64,000 nucleotides of DNA from Actinomycetota bacterium. Lineage in GTDB: Bacteria; Actinomycetota; Aquicultoria; SURF-47. A program made the translations under genes and the position numbers. The notes beneath the pieces are model-generated. The model saw only the letters and a program-made list of their open reading frames with translations, was not told where the DNA came from and did not search any database. The stretch covers positions 9,260 through 73,259 of the forward strand of contig QZJE01000002.1 in assembly GCA_003599235.1 (NCBI GenBank). Direction: 5' to 3'. Positions 20,209 through 29,895 of this stretch are shown one piece after another. The number at the start of each line of letters is the position of its first letter. Position 1 is the stretch's first letter.

Positions 20209-20825
20209 TGTATATAAAACTATGCGGTATCACCAATAAAGAAGATGCGCTCTTTGCATCCGGTTTAGATATAGAAGCACTTGGCTTTAATTTTTTTAAG
20301 CCAAGCCCACGATGCATTGAACCCGATTATTGTCAGCAGATAATATCTATGCTTCCTAAAAACATTAGCAAAGTTGGCATCTTTGTAAATGAGTCCCTGG
20401 AAAATATCAAGACAATTTCTTCACAGTGCGCTTTAGATACTATTCAGCTTCATGGAGAAGAATCCCCTGATTTTTGCAGAAAGCTTAGCAGCTACAAAAT
20501 ATTTAAGGCCATAAGAATAGCCGCAGAAGAAGATTTGGGGCAAATGACAAAGTATGAAGTCGAGGCTTTTTTGTTAGATACTAAAATCGCCGGTCAATAT
20601 GGGGGAACCGGTAAACCTTTTAACTGGGAGCTAGCTATAAAAGCCAAGGATTATGGCTCTATAATATTATCTGGAGGACTAACCGCCGACAATGTAGAGA
20701 AAGCAATCCGTAAAGTAAAGCCTTACGGGGTGGATGTGGCTAGCGGAGTAGAAGTACGTCCGGGTAAAAAGGATAACGCTAAAATGGAAGCTTTTGTTAA
20801 GAGAGTTAGAGAGTTAGAGAGTTAG
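20208..20825 (+). CDS. trpF: Phosphoribosylanthranilate isomerase
   Basis: K.CGIT, QLHG.E, GGTG..F.W, GVDVASGVE. Confidence 0.96.
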   Translation: MYIKLCGITNKEDALFASGLDIEALGFNFFKPSPRCIEPDYCQQIISMLPKNISKVGIFVNESLENIKTISSQCALDTIQLHGEESPDFCRKLSSYKIFKAIRIAAEEDLGQMTKYEVEAFLLDTKIAGQYGGTGKPFNWELAIKAKDYGSIILSGGLTADNVEKAIRKVKPYGVDVASGVEVRPGKKDNAKMEAFVKRVRELES

Positions 20826-20881
20826 AGAGTTAGAGAGTTAGAGAGTTAGAGAGTTAGAGAGTTAGAGAGTTAGAGAGTTAG
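20802..20881. repeat. Perfect octamer tandem repeat AGAGTTAG x10
   Basis: Direct read; spans the trpF stop and ends 2 nt before ATG 20884. Confidence 0.97.
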
Positions 20882-20883
20882 AG

Positions 20884-21078
20884 ATGACTAAAACAAAAAA
20901 ACTTAAGATAGGCATTACTTTAGGCTTAATAATTGACGTATTGCTTGTCATTTACATGATTTATATTAATTTTGTTCTTAACTGGGGAATAAATGGCGTA
21001 ATCCCTATCATGCTGCCGCTACTTATAGGGATACTATTGTTTTTAACGCTGCTAACACTTGGTAAAAACCCTCAATAG
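20884..21078 (+). CDS. Small two-TM membrane protein
   Basis: 64 aa, basic N-terminus, two hydrophobic helices. Confidence 0.55.
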   Translation: MTKTKKLKIGITLGLIIDVLLVIYMIYINFVLNWGINGVIPIMLPLLIGILLFLTLLTLGKNPQ

Positions 21079-21101
21079 TATTAAAATATAAAGATTATAT
21101 T

Positions 21102-22310
21102 ATGCAATCTTACGAAAGCTTACCTGATAATAAAGGACACTTTGAAGAGTTCGGGGGCAAGTTTGTGCCCGAGACGCTTATGGCTGCCCTAGAAGAGCTA
21201 GAGCAGGCTTATAAGCAGTCAAAAGGGGATAAATCTTTCAAAGAAGAATTAGATTATTTATTGGCTGATTTTGCAGGCCGCCCTACCCCTCTTTATTTTG
21301 CCAAACGTCTTTCAGATAAATACGGAGCAAAAATATATTTAAAAAGAGAAGATTTGGTCCACACCGGGGCTCATAAGCTCAATAACTGCTTAGGGCAGGC
21401 ATTACTGGCCAAGAAGATGAAAAAGAAACGTATCATTGCCGAAACAGGCGCTGGCCAGCACGGAGTGGCTACAGCAACGGTAGCTGCTTTATTTGGTATG
21501 CAGTGCCAAATATATATGGGAGAAGAAGATATTGCCCGCCAGCAGCCCAATGTTGAGCGGATGAAGCTTTTAGGGGCGAAGGTAATAGCAGTTACTAGCG
21601 GGAGTAAAACACTCAAGGACGCTATGAACGAGGCCATCAGGGACTGGGTTACCAATGTTACAACTACTCACTACCTAATTGGCTCTGTTGCCGGCCCGCA
21701 TCCATATCCGATGATGGTAAGAGATTTCCAAGTAGTTATTGGATTAGAAACCAAGCAGCAGATTGTTGAAAAGGAAAATAAAATGCCTACCCACATTATT
21801 GCTTGTGTGGGTGGAGGCAGTAACGCTATAGGCATTTTCTACCCCTTTTTAAACAGTAGTACGGGCACGGCGCGCCGAGCCCGTACAAAGTTATTTGGCA
21901 TAGAAGCTGCGGGCCTTGGTTTAGATTCCGGCAAACACGGGGCTCCTTTAGCTAGGGGAAATAAAGGGATTTTGCACGGCTCGCTAAGCTATGTAATAGA
22001 AGATGATTTTGGGCAAATCACAGAGGCTCATTCGATATCTGCCGGCCTAGATTACCCCGGAGTGGGGCCAGAGCACTCATATTTTAAAGAGAAGGGTTTA
22101 GTGACATATGATTCGGTAACAGATGCCGAAGCCTTAAACGGATTTGAAACTTTATCTAAGACAGAGGGGATAATCCCTGCTCTTGAGAGTTCCCACGCTG
22201 TTGCCTATCTAGAAAAACTAAAGATGGCTAAAGATGATTTAGTTATCGTTAATTTGTCCGGCAGAGGCGATAAAGATTTAGACATTGTTAAAAAGGCAGG
22301 GCTTAAATGA
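21102..22310 (+). CDS. trpB: Tryptophan synthase beta chain (TrpB1)
   Basis: [47 protein letters not shown]. Confidence 0.98.
   Translation: MQSYESLPDNKGHFEEFGGKFVPETLMAALEELEQAYKQSKGDKSFKEELDYLLADFAGRPTPLYFAKRLSDKYGAKIYLKREDLVHTGAHKLNNCLGQALLAKKMKKKRIIAETGAGQHGVATATVAALFGMQCQIYMGEEDIARQQPNVERMKLLGAKVIAVTSGSKTLKDAMNEAIRDWVTNVTTTHYLIGSVAGPHPYPMMVRDFQVVIGLETKQQIVEKENKMPTHIIACVGGGSNAIGIFYPFLNSSTGTARRARTKLFGIEAAGLGLDSGKHGAPLARGNKGILHGSLSYVIEDDFGQITEAHSISAGLDYPGVGPEHSYFKEKGLVTYDSVTDAEALNGFETLSKTEGIIPALESSHAVAYLEKLKMAKDDLVIVNLSGRGDKDLDIVKKAGLK
21859..21886. repeat. REP-like palindrome inside trpB
   Basis: GTACGGGCACGGCGCGCCGAGCCCGTAC. Confidence 0.8.
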
Positions 22311-23101
22311 GCAGGATAGAGGCTGCTTTTACAAAAGCTAATCAAGAAAACCGGGCTTGCATTATTATCTATTATCCTGTTGGCTACCCGGATTATGAAA
22401 ACTCAGTAGTTGCCCTTAAAGCCATAGCTAAAGTGGCCGATATCGTTGAGGTGGGTATCCCGTTCTCTGACCCTTTAGCTGACGGGCCTACTATCCAGCA
22501 AGCCAGTCAGCAAGCGTTATCGTTAGGCATCAATACCCAAAAAGCATTAGAGGCAGTAAAAGAAATAAGAGATGAATGCAAGACCCCTTTAGTGGCTATG
22601 ACTTACTACAACCTCTTTTATCGATATGGATTAGAAAAATTTGTAAGTGATGCTAACAAGGCAGGCTTAGATGGGGTAATTATTCCTGATTTACCCCCCG
22701 AAGAGGCTGATAGCTGGTTAAATATCGCTAAGAATAAGCTGGAAACTGTTTTTTTGGCTGCTCCTACCAGCGTAGATAATAGATTAAAACAAATATGCAG
22801 AATAAGCCAAGGTTTCATCTATGCAGTATCTGTAACAGGAGTAACTGGTGAGCGCACAAATCTTCCAGCTAATCTAGCTGATTTTATTAAAAAAATTAAG
22901 TCAATTACCGATAAGAAAGTAGCGGTAGGTTTTGGGATATCAACTCCTGACCAAGTTAGTGAATTAGCAAATATTTCACACGGAATTATCATAGGAAGCG
23001 CTATAATTAAACAAATGAAAAACGCTGTAAGTTTTGACGAGGGTCTAAATAACTTAATTAAATTAATTTTAAGATTTAAAAAGAAAGGAAGCCACAGTTG
23101 A
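22307..23101 (+). CDS. trpA: Tryptophan synthase alpha chain
   Basis: [36 protein letters not shown]. Confidence 0.97.
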   Translation: MSRIEAAFTKANQENRACIIIYYPVGYPDYENSVVALKAIAKVADIVEVGIPFSDPLADGPTIQQASQQALSLGINTQKALEAVKEIRDECKTPLVAMTYYNLFYRYGLEKFVSDANKAGLDGVIIPDLPPEEADSWLNIAKNKLETVFLAAPTSVDNRLKQICRISQGFIYAVSVTGVTGERTNLPANLADFIKKIKSITDKKVAVGFGISTPDQVSELANISHGIIIGSAIIKQMKNAVSFDEGLNNLIKLILRFKKKGSHS

Positions 23102-23931
23102 GTGAGCCTGCGTTATCTAAAAAAGTAGAAAAAAGTAAGGTAGTAGTACCAGAAGGGCTCTGGACAAAATGTGTAAGTTGCCGTCAGATAATATATGAAA
23201 AAGAACTAATCCGTAACTACCAAGTATGTCCAAAGTGCGGCCACCATCATTACCTTCCGGCAATAAGCCGGATTGAGTTGTTATTAGACGACGCCTCATT
23301 TAAAGAGATAAATAGCGATCTTAAATCTGGTGATCCTCTTAATTTTAAGGCTTCAAAGAGTTATAAAATGTCGCTAAAAGAAGCCGGCTTCGCAACTGCT
23401 TTAAATGAGGCCATCATTACCGGTGAAGGAAAAATTGATGGCAAAAAAGTGTGTTTAAGCGTAATGGATTTTAAGTTTATCGGCGGCAGTATGGGTAGTG
23501 TGGTCGGGGAGAAAGTAGCCCGGGCAGCTGATTTTGCGATAAACAAAAAACTGCCTTTCATTGTGGTTTGCGCTTCAGGAGGAGCCAGGATGCAGGAAGG
23601 CATGCTATCGTTGATGCAAATGGCTAAGACGAGCATGGCAGTAGGCAAAATCCATGAAAATAAGTTGCCGTTTATCTCTATTATGGCTCACCCTACAACC
23701 GGCGGAGTGCTGGCTAGTTTTCCTTCATTAGCTGATATTATAATTGCCGAGCCAAAGGCTTTGATTGGTTTTACCGGGGCCAGGGTAATTGAGAGAACAA
23801 TCAAAGAAAGATTGCCCGATGGTTTCCAGACAGCAGAGTTCTTATTAAAACACGGCATGGTAGACTTAATTGCTTCCAGGGCTGAACAAAAAGAAATAGT
23901 TAGTCAACTATTAGGATTTATGGGTTATTAG
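23098..23931 (+). CDS. accD: Acetyl-CoA carboxyltransferase beta
   Basis: LW.KC..C zinc finger, GGSMGSVVGEK, SGGARMQEG, PTTGGV.AS. Confidence 0.96.
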   Translation: MSEPALSKKVEKSKVVVPEGLWTKCVSCRQIIYEKELIRNYQVCPKCGHHHYLPAISRIELLLDDASFKEINSDLKSGDPLNFKASKSYKMSLKEAGFATALNEAIITGEGKIDGKKVCLSVMDFKFIGGSMGSVVGEKVARAADFAINKKLPFIVVCASGGARMQEGMLSLMQMAKTSMAVGKIHENKLPFISIMAHPTTGGVLASFPSLADIIIAEPKALIGFTGARVIERTIKERLPDGFQTAEFLLKHGMVDLIASRAEQKEIVSQLLGFMGY

Positions 23932-23938
23932 GTGAAAA

Positions 23939-24904
23939 ATGGCTAGATTTTGTATGGATTTTGAAAAACCGGTAGTTGAATTAGAAGATAAGTTAGAGCA
24001 ATTAAAAAGCTTAAAAGCGGCTGGAACAGGTGAAATTGCTCATGATATTGCCGAGCTTGAAAATCAGCTTGAGAGGTTAAAAGAGCTGATTTATAAAGAT
24101 CTTACAGCTTGGCAGAGGGTTCAAATTGCCCGTCATCCGCAAAGGCCCCGGGTACTTGATTACATAAACCATATTTTTAGCGATTTTACCGAGCTCCATG
24201 GAGACAGGCTTTATCATGACGATCCGGCTATTGTTGGGGGCCTGGCCCATTTAGAAGGGGATACATTTGTAGTTATTGGTACCCAAAAAGGCAAAAACGC
24301 AAAGACTAATATTAAACGCAACTTTGGAATGCCTATGCCCGAAGGGTATCGCAAGGCACTGCGCTTGATGAAGATTGCAAAGAAGTTCAATTTGCCGATT
24401 ATCACTTTTATTGACACCCAAGGGGCCTATCCCGGAATAGGGGCAGAAGAAAGAGGGCAAGCGGTAGCTATTGCTGAGAACTTGCAATTTATGAGCCGTT
24501 TAGCTGTGCCTATTATAGCGGTTAATGTAGGTGAGGGAGGAAGCGGTGGTGCCCTGGCAATTTCAGTTGCCGACCGCTTGATAATGCTTGAAAACTCATA
24601 TTATTCAGTTATTACTCCCGAAGGATGCGCCTCTATTTTATGGCACGACGAAACAAAAGCCTGCGATGCAGCAGAAGCCCTAAAGATAACAGCCGAAGAT
24701 TTGGCTAAAATGAAGATTGCCGACATTATAGTAAAAGAGCCTTTAGGTGGAGCTCACAGGGATGTTGAAAAAACCTATTACATCTTAAGGAAAAAGTTAA
24801 TTGATTGTTATAAAGAATTAAAAACAACTTGTCCTAATAAAAAGAAATTAATAGAGGATAGGGAAAAAAAGTTAAACAGTATCGGAAGGCTTACTAGCGT
24901 TTAG
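23939..24904 (+). CDS. accA: Acetyl-CoA carboxyltransferase alpha
   Basis: ARHP.RP, RNFGM..PEGYRKA, AEERGQ, GEGGSGGA. Confidence 0.96.
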   Translation: MARFCMDFEKPVVELEDKLEQLKSLKAAGTGEIAHDIAELENQLERLKELIYKDLTAWQRVQIARHPQRPRVLDYINHIFSDFTELHGDRLYHDDPAIVGGLAHLEGDTFVVIGTQKGKNAKTNIKRNFGMPMPEGYRKALRLMKIAKKFNLPIITFIDTQGAYPGIGAEERGQAVAIAENLQFMSRLAVPIIAVNVGEGGSGGALAISVADRLIMLENSYYSVITPEGCASILWHDETKACDAAEALKITAEDLAKMKIADIIVKEPLGGAHRDVEKTYYILRKKLIDCYKELKTTCPNKKKLIEDREKKLNSIGRLTSV

Positions 24905-24907
24905 TCT

Positions 24908-25174
24908 TTAGTTTTCTTCGATTAATCCTTCAATTGAGCGCTTATTAATAATTATGCACTTGGTTTCATATAGCATATTATTATTAGAAGCGTCATAGAC
25001 CACTGCATCGGTTACCGGAATGAAATTGTGTACTTGGCCGCTATTTAAGTGGTCTGAAAGCCTTCCCCTGTAGGAGTCTCTAAGCAGCAAATGTAGCTTG
25101 CCAACTATCTTAAACCTGTTGGTGTAGATAATGGCTTTTATTTCGTCTGTTTTAACTTTATTGGCTAGATCCAT
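24908..25174 (-). CDS. Small hypothetical protein (beta-rich, RLSD.LN motif)
   Basis: AAGGAG RBS, ATG, sigma-28-type promoter upstream. Confidence 0.75.
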   Translation of the reverse strand: MDLANKVKTDEIKAIIYTNRFKIVGKLHLLLRDSYRGRLSDHLNSGQVHNFIPVTDAVVYDASNNNMLYETKCIIINKRSIEGLIEEN

Positions 25175-25198
25175 TTTTATCTCCTTGATTCTAATGTA

Positions 25199-25225
25199 TT
25201 ATCGGCAATTATTAAAATTAGTTTA
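25199..25225 (-). promoter_or_regulatory. Sigma-28 (FliA/WhiG) promoter
   Basis: Minus strand TAAA-N15-GCCGATAA. Confidence 0.85.
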
Positions 25226-25241
25226 ATATATTATTAACACA

Positions 25242-25269
25242 GAGATAAGGGATAAGAAATAAGGGGTAA
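25242..25269. repeat. Heptamer array GRRATAA-type x4
   Basis: GAGATAA GGGATAA GAAATAA GGGGTAA. Confidence 0.65.
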
Positions 25270-25270
25270 A

Positions 25271-26251
25271 ATCACTCAACTGTATATAAATCTTAATAAA
25301 ATAAAATACAATGCTCAGCTGATAAATAATCAAGCAACCAAACAAGATATCAGCGTTGTTGGAGTAACTAAAGGGGTTTTGGGTGAGCCAAAAATAGCTA
25401 AGGCTATGTTAGATGGCGGCATTTCACAATTAGCAGACAGCCATATAGAAAGCTTAGAGAAGTTAAAACCACTAAATAAACCGCTGATGCTTTTAAGGCA
25501 AGGCCAAAAAAAAGATATTTCAAAGATAGTAGAAATTGCTGATATAAGTCTAATATCCACCCTAATTGCAGCACAATGGCTTTCTTGCGAAGCTGTAAGG
25601 CAAAACAAAACTCACCAGTTAATCCTTATGCTAGAGACCGGAGATAGGCGCGAGGGTTTTTCTTTTAGTCGAATTATCGGTTCTGCAATGCAAATTATTA
25701 AGCTTCCAAATATCAAAATAGCCGGTATAGGTACTAATGTTGCTTGCTTAAAACAATCTTACCCAAATAAGAAAAATCTGGATTTATTAATTAAAAAAGC
25801 TGAGGAAATAAAAAAGTTGGCGGATATCAAAATAATATCTGGGGGCAATTCAAGCGCTTGGCCGCTGCTTAAAGACAAGAAATTACCCAAAGAAATCAAT
25901 CAACTAAGAATAGGTGAGGCAATATTATTAGGCAATGATACGGTTAAATATCAACCTATTAATGGAGCATATCAAAACTGTTTTAGGTTAGAGGCCGAAG
26001 TAATCGAAGCTTATAAAAAAGTGCATGACCAAGCGGTTTTAGCAGTAGGCTTACAAGATATCGGCAGCGGTGTCTTAACCCCGATTATTAAAGACCTTGA
26101 AGTTAAACGGGTAAGCAGTGACCACCTGGTATTAAAAACCAATAATGTGCAGTTGCGTGTTGGAGATAGAGTTTCTTTTGTTCCAACTTATTTTGCTTTG
26201 CTTGGATTGATGACAAGTCCTTTTGTGCAAAAAGCCTTCCACCTATGCTAA
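25271..26251 (+). CDS. Alanine/ornithine racemase-family PLP enzyme (Orr/YhfX-like)
   Basis: Frame extends upstream of TTG 25379 as ITQLYINLNKIKYNA...VVGVTKGV; GDRREG, G.N..C, SGGNSS, LRIGEAI.LG, SSDH. Confidence 0.8.
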   Translation: MTQLYINLNKIKYNAQLINNQATKQDISVVGVTKGVLGEPKIAKAMLDGGISQLADSHIESLEKLKPLNKPLMLLRQGQKKDISKIVEIADISLISTLIAAQWLSCEAVRQNKTHQLILMLETGDRREGFSFSRIIGSAMQIIKLPNIKIAGIGTNVACLKQSYPNKKNLDLLIKKAEEIKKLADIKIISGGNSSAWPLLKDKKLPKEINQLRIGEAILLGNDTVKYQPINGAYQNCFRLEAEVIEAYKKVHDQAVLAVGLQDIGSGVLTPIIKDLEVKRVSSDHLVLKTNNVQLRVGDRVSFVPTYFALLGLMTSPFVQKAFHLC

Positions 26252-26287
26252 TATAATTGCTGGTTATTAATGAGCAGAAGGAGAACA

Positions 26288-27607
26288 TTGAGGCTTTTTG
26301 GAACTGATGGGGTTCGTGGAGTTGTAGGGCAATCCCTAACTACTGAGCTAGCTCATAAGCTAGGCAGAAGTGCAGCCAACCAAATTATCAAAAAGAATAA
26401 CGGATGTATGGTAATCGGAAGGGACACTAGGCGTTCTGGCCCAAGCTTAGAGCAAGCATTGATTGAGGGGATATGCTCCCAGGGGATAGATGTGGATGCT
26501 ATCGGCGTTTTGCCAACTCCAGCTGTATCCTACCTTGTACGCAACCACAAAACCGATGGCGGCGTTGTCGTTTCAGCTTCTCATAATCCTGCTGAATATA
26601 ACGGTATTAAGTTTTTTGATAATCGCGGCATTAAGCTCGATGAATCACTTGAGAACCTAATCGAATCTTCCCTTGATAGCTACAACAGCAATTACACCAA
26701 AATAGGCACTTCTTTAAATGACATACAGGCTGAAGACGATTACCTGGAACATTTGATTTCTTGCATCGATGGGGATTTGTCTGGTTTGTGCATTGCCCTG
26801 GATTGTGCCAACGGGGCAGCACATAAGATAGCTCCCAGGGCTTTCAGAGAGCTTGGAGCAGAAGTTTTCTGCTATAACTGCCAGCCGGACGGCTTAAACA
26901 TTAATCTGGAATGCGGCTCAACCCATCCTCAAACCCTCGAGGATATTTGTAAAAAAGAAAAAGTCGATGTCGGATTTTCCTTTGACGGAGACGCCGACAG
27001 GGTTATAGCAGTGGACGAAAACGGCAATCATGTTGATGGCGATTTTATTATGGCAATTTGTGCAACTGAGCTAAAAAAAGCAGGTAAATTAGCCAATAAC
27101 ACCATAGTGACAACCGTAATGACTAATCTAGGGTTCTATATCGCCATGGAGAAAGAAGAAATAAAAGTATTACAAGCAAAAGTAGGCGATAAATACGTTC
27201 TAGACGAAATGCTTAAAAATGGCGCTAGTTTAGGTGGAGAACAGTCTGGACATATAATTTTTAACGATTACGGCCCCATAGGAGACGGACTTATTACCTC
27301 TATAAAGCTGGCTGAGGTTATGAAACGCAAGCAACAACCCTTATCTGAGCTTACAAAAATAATGCAGCGTCTGCCTCAAATATTGATTAACGTTAAAGTA
27401 AAGGATAAGCACAAACTAAACGGCAGCCAAAAAATCTGGAAGAGCGTAGAGGAAGCTGAAAAACACCTTCATGGACGGGGAAGAATACTGGTTAGACCAT
27501 CAGGTACTGAATCTTTAGTTAGGGTAATGATTGAAAGCGATGACCATGACCACGCAGAAGATTTAGCAGGACAAGTAGCCGAAGTGGTAGAAAGTGAGCT
27601 GGGATAG
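26288..27607 (+). CDS. glmM: Phosphoglucosamine mutase
   Basis: LFGTDGVRG, SASHNP, FDGDADR, GGEQSGH, RPSGTE; TTG after AAGGAG. Confidence 0.97.
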   Translation: MRLFGTDGVRGVVGQSLTTELAHKLGRSAANQIIKKNNGCMVIGRDTRRSGPSLEQALIEGICSQGIDVDAIGVLPTPAVSYLVRNHKTDGGVVVSASHNPAEYNGIKFFDNRGIKLDESLENLIESSLDSYNSNYTKIGTSLNDIQAEDDYLEHLISCIDGDLSGLCIALDCANGAAHKIAPRAFRELGAEVFCYNCQPDGLNINLECGSTHPQTLEDICKKEKVDVGFSFDGDADRVIAVDENGNHVDGDFIMAICATELKKAGKLANNTIVTTVMTNLGFYIAMEKEEIKVLQAKVGDKYVLDEMLKNGASLGGEQSGHIIFNDYGPIGDGLITSIKLAEVMKRKQQPLSELTKIMQRLPQILINVKVKDKHKLNGSQKIWKSVEEAEKHLHGRGRILVRPSGTESLVRVMIESDDHDHAEDLAGQVAEVVESELG

Positions 27608-29434
27608 ATGTGCGGAATTGTCGGATATATCGGAAAAGAAGACTGTATTAATCCATTGGTAGCAGGGCTTACTAGCTTGGAATACCGCGGTTATGACAGT
27701 GCCGGAATCGCTATCTTAAATGGCGACTCGTTAAAAGTGCTAAAGGACGAAGGAAAATTATCCAGGCTAAAAGATCTTCTTAAGAAAAACGAACTTTGCA
27801 GTAACATCGGGATAGGTCATACGCGATGGGCGACTCACGGGGCTCCTTCAAAAGAAAATGCTCATCCCCATACTTGTTGTCAGGATAAAATCGCTGTAGT
27901 TCATAATGGAATTATTGAGAACCACTCGGTTCTAAGAGAGGACTTAATAAAAAAAGGCCACAAATTTAGCTCCGAAACCGATACTGAAATTATTGCCCAT
28001 TTAATTGAGGATTTCTATGAAGGAGATCTTAAGGCAGCGGTAAGCAAGGCCATAGGTTTTCTAAAAGGCTCTTTTGCTTTAGTAGTGATGAGCTCGGATA
28101 ATCCTAAGCTCATTGTGACAGCAAAGCAAGATAGTCCCATGGTTTTAGGAATAGGCAAAAACGCTAATCTGGTAGCCTCTGATATTCCTGCTCTACTAGG
28201 ACAAACCAGAGAAATGATAATCATGGATAACGGGGAGATGGCGGTTTTAGGCCAGGATAGTTATCAGATAATTGATTTTGATGGAAACCCGGTTAACAAA
28301 GCTATTGCTCATATCAGTTGGGATCAAGAAGCAGCAGAGAAAGGCGGTTTTGAAGACTTTATGCTCAAAGAGATACATGAGCAGCCAGTCGCAGTAAGAG
28401 AAACACTTAGAGGTTTAATTGACGATGATGGCACAGTCAACTTAAAAGAGTTAAAAATCGATTCCTCTCGTATTAAAGATATAAATAGAGTGGTAATCAT
28501 TGCTTGCGGTACTTCTTATCATGCCGGTTTGGTAGGCAATAGTGCAATAGAAAGCTGGGCACGTATTCCTGTTGAATTAGACATTGCTTCAGAGTTTCGC
28601 TATCGGAATCTATTGGTTGATGATAAGACATTAGTTATCGCCATAACCCAGTCTGGTGAGACAGCTGACACTTTAGCTGGTTTGCGCAGTGCAAAAGACA
28701 AAGGGGCTATTGTAGTGGCGGTAACTAATGTAGTTGGAAGCAGTGTTACCAGAGAAGCTGACGGCTTAATATATACTCACGCCGGCCCAGAGATTGGGGT
28801 AGCAGCTACTAAAACCTTTACTTCTCAAATAGCTGCTCTATATGTTATAGCATTGTTTATTGCTCAAGTTAAAGGTCGTCTAACTAACGAAGAGATTAAA
28901 AAACGCTCAGTTAAATTATGGGATATTCCAGAGTTAATAAAACAAGCCCTAACCCAGGAAGAAAACATCAAGAAGATTGCTCAAAAATATGCAAAAAAGC
29001 CGGACTTCTTGTTTTTAGGACGAGGTTTGGGGGTGCCGATTGCTTTAGAAGGAGCTTTAAAGCTAAAAGAGATATCATATATTCATGCCGAAGGTTGTGC
29101 AGCCGGTGAGATGAAACACGGCCCCATTGCATTAATTGACGATGATTGTCCTGTAGTAGTTGTAGCTACCAACAGCGCCACAATTGATAAGGTAAAAGCC
29201 AACACAGAAGAAGTAAAGGCAAGAAATGCTCAAATTATTGCAGTAGTTAATGAAGGTAACCATATCTTTGATGGCGTTGCTGACGATTTATTATTTGTGC
29301 CCGAAATATCCGATATTTTTTCTCCTATTATTAATATTATTCCATTGCAGCTCTTTGCATACTATGTAGCAAAAGCTAAGGGTTGCAATGTAGACCAGCC
29401 AAGAAATTTAGCAAAAAGCGTAACTGTTGAGTAA
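27608..29434 (+). CDS. glmS: Glutamine--fructose-6-phosphate aminotransferase
   Basis: MCGIVG, EYRGYDSAG, GHTRWATHG, QSGETADT, PRNLAKSVTVE. Confidence 0.98.
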   Translation: MCGIVGYIGKEDCINPLVAGLTSLEYRGYDSAGIAILNGDSLKVLKDEGKLSRLKDLLKKNELCSNIGIGHTRWATHGAPSKENAHPHTCCQDKIAVVHNGIIENHSVLREDLIKKGHKFSSETDTEIIAHLIEDFYEGDLKAAVSKAIGFLKGSFALVVMSSDNPKLIVTAKQDSPMVLGIGKNANLVASDIPALLGQTREMIIMDNGEMAVLGQDSYQIIDFDGNPVNKAIAHISWDQEAAEKGGFEDFMLKEIHEQPVAVRETLRGLIDDDGTVNLKELKIDSSRIKDINRVVIIACGTSYHAGLVGNSAIESWARIPVELDIASEFRYRNLLVDDKTLVIAITQSGETADTLAGLRSAKDKGAIVVAVTNVVGSSVTREADGLIYTHAGPEIGVAATKTFTSQIAALYVIALFIAQVKGRLTNEEIKKRSVKLWDIPELIKQALTQEENIKKIAQKYAKKPDFLFLGRGLGVPIALEGALKLKEISYIHAEGCAAGEMKHGPIALIDDDCPVVVVATNSATIDKVKANTEEVKARNAQIIAVVNEGNHIFDGVADDLLFVPEISDIFSPIINIIPLQLFAYYVAKAKGCNVDQPRNLAKSVTVE

Positions 29435-29435
29435 A

Positions 29436-29837
29436 ATGAGCTATCAGCCTCCAGCCTTGAGTTCTCAGATTGTAAAAGGCATAGGTATCGATATCGTAGA
29501 TATAGACAGGTTTAGAGCTGCTATAGATAAGCATCCTAAGCTAACTAAACGCTTGTTCTCTAATGGCGAATTATCCTACTGCTTAAGCCGCCCCCGCCCT
29601 TATTTTCATTTTGCAGTTAGATTTGCCGCTAAAGAAGCGGTGGTTAAGGCTTTAGGGGTTGGTCTTCGAGGCATGAAGTGGCAAGATATTGAAGTAAAGA
29701 GAACAGAGCTTGGTGAACCCTTAGTTAACTTGTCAGGAGGGGCTAAAAAAACTGCTGAGAATCTTGGGGTAAGCTCGATTAAAGTAAGTTTGTCTTTTAG
29801 CAAAGAATCGGCAATAGCGGCTGCGATAGCTGAGTAG
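29436..29837 (+). CDS. acpS: Holo-ACP synthase with heptamer-repeat-derived N-terminus
   Basis: GIGIDIV, RFAAKEA..KA; first 35 nt are five degenerate heptamers. Confidence 0.92.
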   Translation: MSYQPPALSSQIVKGIGIDIVDIDRFRAAIDKHPKLTKRLFSNGELSYCLSRPRPYFHFAVRFAAKEAVVKALGVGLRGMKWQDIEVKRTELGEPLVNLSGGAKKTAENLGVSSIKVSLSFSKESAIAAAIAE

Positions 29838-29890
29838 GCTTAAGGATGTAGGCTGAAGTGCTGAAGGCTGAAGCACTGAAGGTTTAAAGG
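29837..29890. repeat. GGCTGAAGnnCTGAA 15-mer (7+8) array
   Basis: GGCTGAAGTGCTGAA GGCTGAAGCACTGAA; same unit inside rpsB. Confidence 0.7.
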
Positions 29891-29895
29891 ATATT

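Noticed and set aside
20802-20881. CRISPR array
   Set aside because: Contiguous 8-mers without spacers; no cas genes in the window.
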